A program made the position numbers and the translations under genes. The notes beneath the pieces were generated by a model, which saw nothing but the letters and a program-made list of their open reading frames with translations, did no database searches and had not been told where the DNA came from. A stretch of DNA of 63,406 nt, counting the filler. It is 13 parts of 13 records of this genome, joined end to end, with 100 filler letters (N's around TTAATTAATTAA, not from the genome) between each part and the next. Parts side by side here need not be neighbours in the genome. Positions count along the whole stretch, not along the records: positions 57,824 to 63,406 come from SRR7504441_24211; 12 more parts are not named here. One strand, written 5' to 3'. Every line of letters begins with the position of its first letter. Within the stretch, counting starts at the first letter, position 1. Shown here in pieces: positions 58,143-63,406 of the stretch.

Positions 58143-60948
58143 TCATACGCTCAAGAAGCGATGAGCGAGCACTTGCTCATAGTTCATCAAGTGCCTGAGA
58201 CACAGGCTGGTGAGCCCACCCTAGATAAACACACCATTGCTTCTTGCCATCCGGTGCTGTGAAGGACACATCGAACTTCTCCTTGTTTGGCAGATAGTCG
58301 CCCACTACACCGACCCTCTTCTCTGCAGAGCTGCAGCCCAGCTCTCAGCCAAGTGGCAGCCAGCTGCTCTCACCCCTTGAACGGCACCAGCACTCTAGTG
58401 TTGATAAGATCCTGCGTGCTAGGCCGCGGAGCGACAGGGGCGGCCAAGCGCTGTGGAGGCGGCGGTGGAGCTTTCTGTGATGGAGCGGCAGTTTTGGGCT
58501 TCTTTTTCTTCGGAGGGGCAATACCAAGCAGCTTATCGATCTCGCAGTCCGGAAGCTCCTGTCCCAGCAGTCAGCTCGCTCCAGCCCAGCGCTGTTGCCT
58601 GCCGCAACGCACAGCTGTTGAACCGCTTGTCCGAGTTGTCTTTGCAGTAGAATGGTCGCCCTTCAAAGCTGGCGAATTCGGTAGCAGTGATACGCCTGAG
58701 CCCAGCTAAGGCCTTGGCCGAACACAGGCTGCACCGCCATTTGTTGCAGTTCCTATCCTCACACTGCACCCACTCACTTCTCTCCTCCTCGCCTTGCTCG
58801 TCTGATGGAGGCCGCGCGCGCTTCGCCTTTTTAGCTGCCGGCGCTGGCTGTGCGCCTTCTTCGCCAGTGGCCTCCTGTCGCGCCCTGTCCAGGTCCTTGT
58901 ACGTGATGCTCTTTGCCACCTGGATCACACTCACTCACTGGCCGCGCGCTGACGGGCCGCCTGTGCAGACTCGGCATCGGAACCCTCGCGGATCTGGTCT
59001 AGAATCCGCTTATTCCTGATCGCTTGTGCCTGGTTATTGGTCTGATTCACGTTTCCGGTAGCCAGCTCCTTGAGCTCGCCGAGCGAGAAGACCCCGGAGG
59101 GAGTCTCGCACTCAATGTTCTCATACTGACACCACCCGCATCTCATCAACACGCACAGCCAGAGGCGCCAGACCGGTCGCTTGGCCTTGTTCTCTGCACA
59201 CTCAAGCGCGAAGTCAGCGCAAGCAATTTCGGTCTTGTGGCAGTCGCACAGGATTTTGCCTGCCGCCTCATGAGCCACCCGCTGCAAGGCCTAACGCTCG
59301 TTCTAACCCTAGCCGTGAGGGATCTCTTGCCTGAAACCTGGTACAGCCCAGTAGCTGTCTTTCGCTTGGACTTGCCTGAGCCCCAAGATAAGCACTTTGG
59401 CACGCAAGCTCCGCACAGATAACGCGGCAACCCACAGCGCAGCTGATCACGGGGATGTGCGCTCTGTACGGCCGATTTCTCATCTGGGCTCTGACTCTGC
59501 GGGCGCTTTCGTTGGCTGGGCATGCGTGTCAGGCTGTGCCGGGGAGTGGCAACTACACCTTGGGTAGGAGTGCTGGCCTTCGAGATCATAAAGTCGTTCT
59601 CATATGGCACCTTGTGCTTCAGATGCGACCTGCACGCCTGTCAACCGGGCGGCTCAGCTATCGCACCAAGGCCCCATCCACGAGATGTGAAGGAACTCAT
59701 CCGAGTGCTTGATGACTTTGGCCTCAGACCACTGGCCCCTGTTGTCGGCCACGCAAAGCTCGGTCCCGATCTCGATCTCCCGGGCCTCTTCGGCAGAATA
59801 GAACATCTCATCGCACATCTTGTCCACCAGCTTCTCTCTCGCTTCGGGATCCGGCTCATGAACCACAACCTCAGGCGCCTTGGCCAGCCCAGAATCGGCC
59901 AAGTTCAGCTTGGCCGCCTCCCGGCCGACCAATGCCTTGGCTAGCTCCGTCCGCTCCTGCTCGAGCTTGTGCAGCTGGGCTGCCCTCTCGGCCTGAAACT
60001 TTTGGGCCGCCTCCTGGCGAGCTTTTCTCTGCTCTGCGAGAAACTCTGAGCGGATCTTGTGGGCGGCCTCGTTGGCCAGGGTGGGGGTGGTGCACTTGGA
60101 GAGCCTGAGCTTGTCCGTATCGTCCAGCTCCACCTTGTAAGTCATTTTGCTCCACTCCTTCTGAGTCCACCGCACAAGCAACCAGTCCGGTCCCACTTGC
60201 TCCACCCTCGCACTCGCCCACTGGCCGCGGTCGTCTGCCACCATCAGCTTGGTGCCCACCGCCAGTTTGACCGCCTCCTCGTTGCTGTAGAACGCCTCGA
60301 GGGCCAGCGCCTCCAGATCGGCAGACATAGGCAAACCCGCCGTCCCTGTCTCGCGCCGGGGCGATTTGGCCGATGCCGGCTTGGGCGGCTCCGGATTGGG
60401 CGGCTTGGTAGGCTCTGACTTGGCTGCCTTGGCTGCCTTGGCTGCCCGCATCGCACTCACCACGTCTACCCGAGGCTTCTGGGGAACGGACGACTCAGGG
60501 GCGGCTGGCTTCGGGCGCGGGGCCGGCTTGTCCTTCACGGGGGGCTCGCCGGCGCGCAACTTCTGCAGCGCGTCGAGCAGCTGGCTGGCCTGGCTCTCGG
60601 GCAGCCCCATTTGCTTGAGCCGGCCGGCGGTCAAACCAGTGAGCTGCCCAGCCGGTCAGTGCACACCCATGCGCGGGGCGCACCTCGGTGGTGTCCTCAA
60701 TGATCCAATCCAGATCGTCGTAGCCCTCCGCGTCCAATTTCTCGGCGCACTGCGCCAGCCCTGCCCGAACGAGCCAGCCGCGTACTGTGCCGGCCGCCCC
60801 GTCGGGTTTCAGCCACTCGCCGGCCGCCGGGTCCCAGGTACAGCCCAACGGCGCCCGGCCTGCACCGGACGGTCAGCACGCCGGCGCCTGGGCTCGGCTG
60901 GCCTCGGGGCCTCGCGTGCGTGTCCACAGCCTCTTCCTGCTCGGCCAT
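58143..60948 (-). CDS. Multi-domain chromatin reader (AT-hook-like RPRGRAP, SAM, Tudor-like repeats, CW-type zinc finger)
   Basis: VRGWLVRAGLAQCAEKLDAEGYDDL (SAM). Two DxRGQWxxAxV Tudor/agenet-like units. EWVQCEDRNCNKWR...FYCKDN...FNSC (zf-CW). The exon structure of the middle region is unresolved and it may be two genes. Confidence 0.65.
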
Positions 60949-61086
60949 GCGCTTGTACCCTCTGCCCGACCTTGAGACGAGAGACACGACCCGTGGTTTG
61001 TCGTGTTGCTCCCGCGGTGAAAAATTCTTGTCAATCGTCGAAGCACCGAACACGGGCGCTGCTCTGTCCGGCGCTGTGTTGGTGCC

Positions 61087-63379
61087 ATGGGGCAGTGCAA
61101 CCCGTACCACGCCATGGGGCGATGCTGCCACAAGCTGAAGGCCCCGTATGACGAGGTGGACATCCAAGAGCTCGCCGCTCGCGACCGGCTGTCGGTCACG
61201 GGACAGGCCACCGCACCGGGAGGCACGCCGCGCGAGCGAACCCGGTCGGAGGACTACGGGCTGACCAGCCCGGCCGAGCAGGAGTGCGTGCGGCTCCGCG
61301 CACGGGTGCGCGAGCTGGAGCTCGAGCTGGAGCGGAGCCAGGGGCTCCGGGGCGACGGGATGAGCGCGCTGGTGGAGCCGACAGGGCAGCTGCGCAGCCT
61401 GGCGCTCCTGCCGCGGGCTCAGATGGCCTCCGAGCCGGTGCAGCGGCTGCTGCGCGAGATGCTGACGGCACACCTGGCGCGGCTGGCCGAGCAGTACCGG
61501 GAGCTCGACACCGGCGGCGAGGGGCAGCTGGGGGATAAGGCGCTGCGCCGGTGGGTAAAGCAGGTGGACGACGAGGAGCTGGAGCAGGTGCCGGCCGACC
61601 GCCGGCCGGGCTAAGTCGGTGCAGGCGATGGGCGTGATCAGCCCCGGATGGAAGCCCGGCCAGCGGGTGCCCCAGTGGCTCTGTCGATGTCTGATCACTG
61701 CTGTGCTGCAGCTGGGTTTCGTCGAATGGGCCGAGTGTTGCACCGGAGTGCAAGCCATGTCGGAGCACGCTGTGCCGAGCGCGGCGCTGGCACTGGTGCG
61801 CCGCGGCGGGGTGCGTGGCTCAGCTGCGGGGGCAGTGGCGCGCAGAGAAGCAGAGGCTGGCCGAGGAGTTCGAGGAGCTTTGGAAGCCCGGCTGTGAAGG
61901 GCTGGCGGACAGCCGGCGAATCGACCAGATGATGCAGCAGCAGGGGCTGGCCGCTGTGAACATCCCGGACGGCACCGCCGAGCTGTTGCAGCAGCTGGGC
62001 TGCGAGGGCTCTGGCACTGTCGATCCTGATGCATGGCTCAAGCTGATCAGCCAGATAGAGTTTAAGCAAGCCCCCGACCAGCCGAGGGAAGGGAACCCTG
62101 TTCCCGTCTCCGCCAGTGCAGGTCGGCTGACCCCTGCTATTTGCCGCTCTCTCGGGGCAGTTGCCCGATGACTGGCTGGCTGCAGGATGCGAGCTGCCCC
62201 CCGCTGATTTAATGTCCGCCGAAGACCTCCGGGGCGTGTTCGGCGTGGGAGCGGACGTGGCGGCGGACGAAAGTGCAGAGGTGCCTGCGCGGTCGGCCGA
62301 TCGGTCGAGGCTTGGTCGCAGGTCAAGGTGATGCGAAACAGCCTGGCCGTAGCTCAGGCTCGGTGCGAGGGCTCGGGTGGTGGCCTGCTGACGGACTGAC
62401 AGGAATACCAGCTGCTGGACCTTTCAGAAGGAGAAGGTGGCCTCGAGCATGGTTTGTGCCGACCTTTGAGTGCAGGGTGGGATCACGCTGTCCACAAAAG
62501 ACATGCCAGAACCCACCAGCAAGAAGGACAGGGCAGCGGGCGTCAGGATCGAGCACAAGGTACCCCTTTCTGTATTCGGATCCAGACCGCCGGCCCAGGT
62601 GGAACTGCCAGCGCGGCTACTGTACGAAGTGATGATAGACCCCGATCTGAATGCTGCCGGCTCCGATTCTCAATACACGGTCAGGGCCCCTACCCGCTCC
62701 GTGTATGCCCCAGCCTGTCCACTGAAGAGCGATTTAAGCCTGCCGAACGAGTGGCGACACTCGACTGGGGCTGTAATATACATTTGAATATTTTCTGAGG
62801 GCTCAATGCCTGGGGCTGGGAGCTGGCTGCAGCAGGCTTGAGAGTGAGTGTGGGGTGTGCAGGTGGTGGCACAATGTTGCGACACTGCCAATGGACGCAT
62901 TCATCTGGCCCACTCTAAGGTGTGCACCTCAGCTCTGTACTGACGCATTCCGCTGAACCCGGAGGCAGATCAAGATCCCTTTGTTTGCCGACCAGGATTT
63001 TGCACTGGGTGAATACTTTGGGCACGTGCACGACTCTTGGGTCTACTCTTTTGTTTCGGTATGCCTTTTATCCTGCTTTCACCCAACCAACCCTGTGCGC
63101 TCTCAGGTGACAGACCCTCGGATACCAGCACCCAAGGGCCGTTGTATCCGGGGGGACGCACAGCTGGGCGGCTGGGCATTCTTCCCACTTGGACCATCGG
63201 AGACCCAGGTCACGTTTGTGTCGGTAATCGATCCGAACCGAAACGTGCCAAAGGCAATGGTCAATCAGGGGCACGACCGGTCAGCCAAGGCGATGAAGGT
63301 GTTTGTTAAAAATGCATACAGCTATGTCAAGAAGAACCAGATCAATCTAGCAAGCTACCACTCAGATCTCAGCCACTAA
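61087..63379 (+). CDS. START-domain lipid-binding protein with coiled coil and EF-hand-like segments
   Basis: C-terminal DPRIPAPKGRCIRG...GGWAFFPLG..TQVTFVSVIDP..NVPKAMVN (START). Upstream LDTGGEGQLG and GSGTVDPDAW loops. Multi-exon, with the internal structure only partly resolved. Confidence 0.7.
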
Positions 63380-63406
63380 ATCCCAGGCTGCTTTGAATCG
63401 CCAAGT

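Noticed and set aside
150-62326. Many long overlapping or antisense ORFs (e.g. 38614..39906, 60697..62034, 154..903)
   Set aside because: These are shadow ORFs expected in high-GC coding DNA, with no recognisable domains.

Overview
This window is not one locus. It consists of 13 short contigs (3.4-7.7 kb) joined by artificial 100-bp spacers (44 N + TTAATTAATTAA + 44 N), most likely a metagenome bin of a compact, GC-rich unicellular eukaryote that I cannot identify from sequence alone. Many genes are split by spliceosomal micro-introns (mostly 35-46 nt), so the ORF track fragments them. I spliced them by hand, and about 12 introns use GC-AG. Recognisable genes: FYVE protein, SGNH hydrolase, VHS protein, TBC/EF-hand protein, acid lipase, calpain fusion, TLC protein, F-box/SPRY, DSP-ASCH fusion, secreted esterase, PRA1, TauE/SafE fragment, a trans-AT-type PKS fragment with an embedded flavin monooxygenase, GH38 alpha-mannosidase, ankyrin-RBR E3 ligase, Pumilio, ARM protein, eIF2B-epsilon, nicalin, an eIF2-alpha kinase, F-box/ankyrin, RsmC-like methyltransferase, a DUF1853-exonuclease-YbaK fusion, a chromatin reader and a START protein. 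The most striking unexplained structure is at 48.9-50.1 kb. There, two divergent genes (the eIF2-alpha kinase and a hidden Mim1-like microprotein) share a family of mutually similar micro-introns packed with sense-strand CCGTT repeats spaced about one helical turn apart. All family assignments come from motif recognition by eye, not from database searches.
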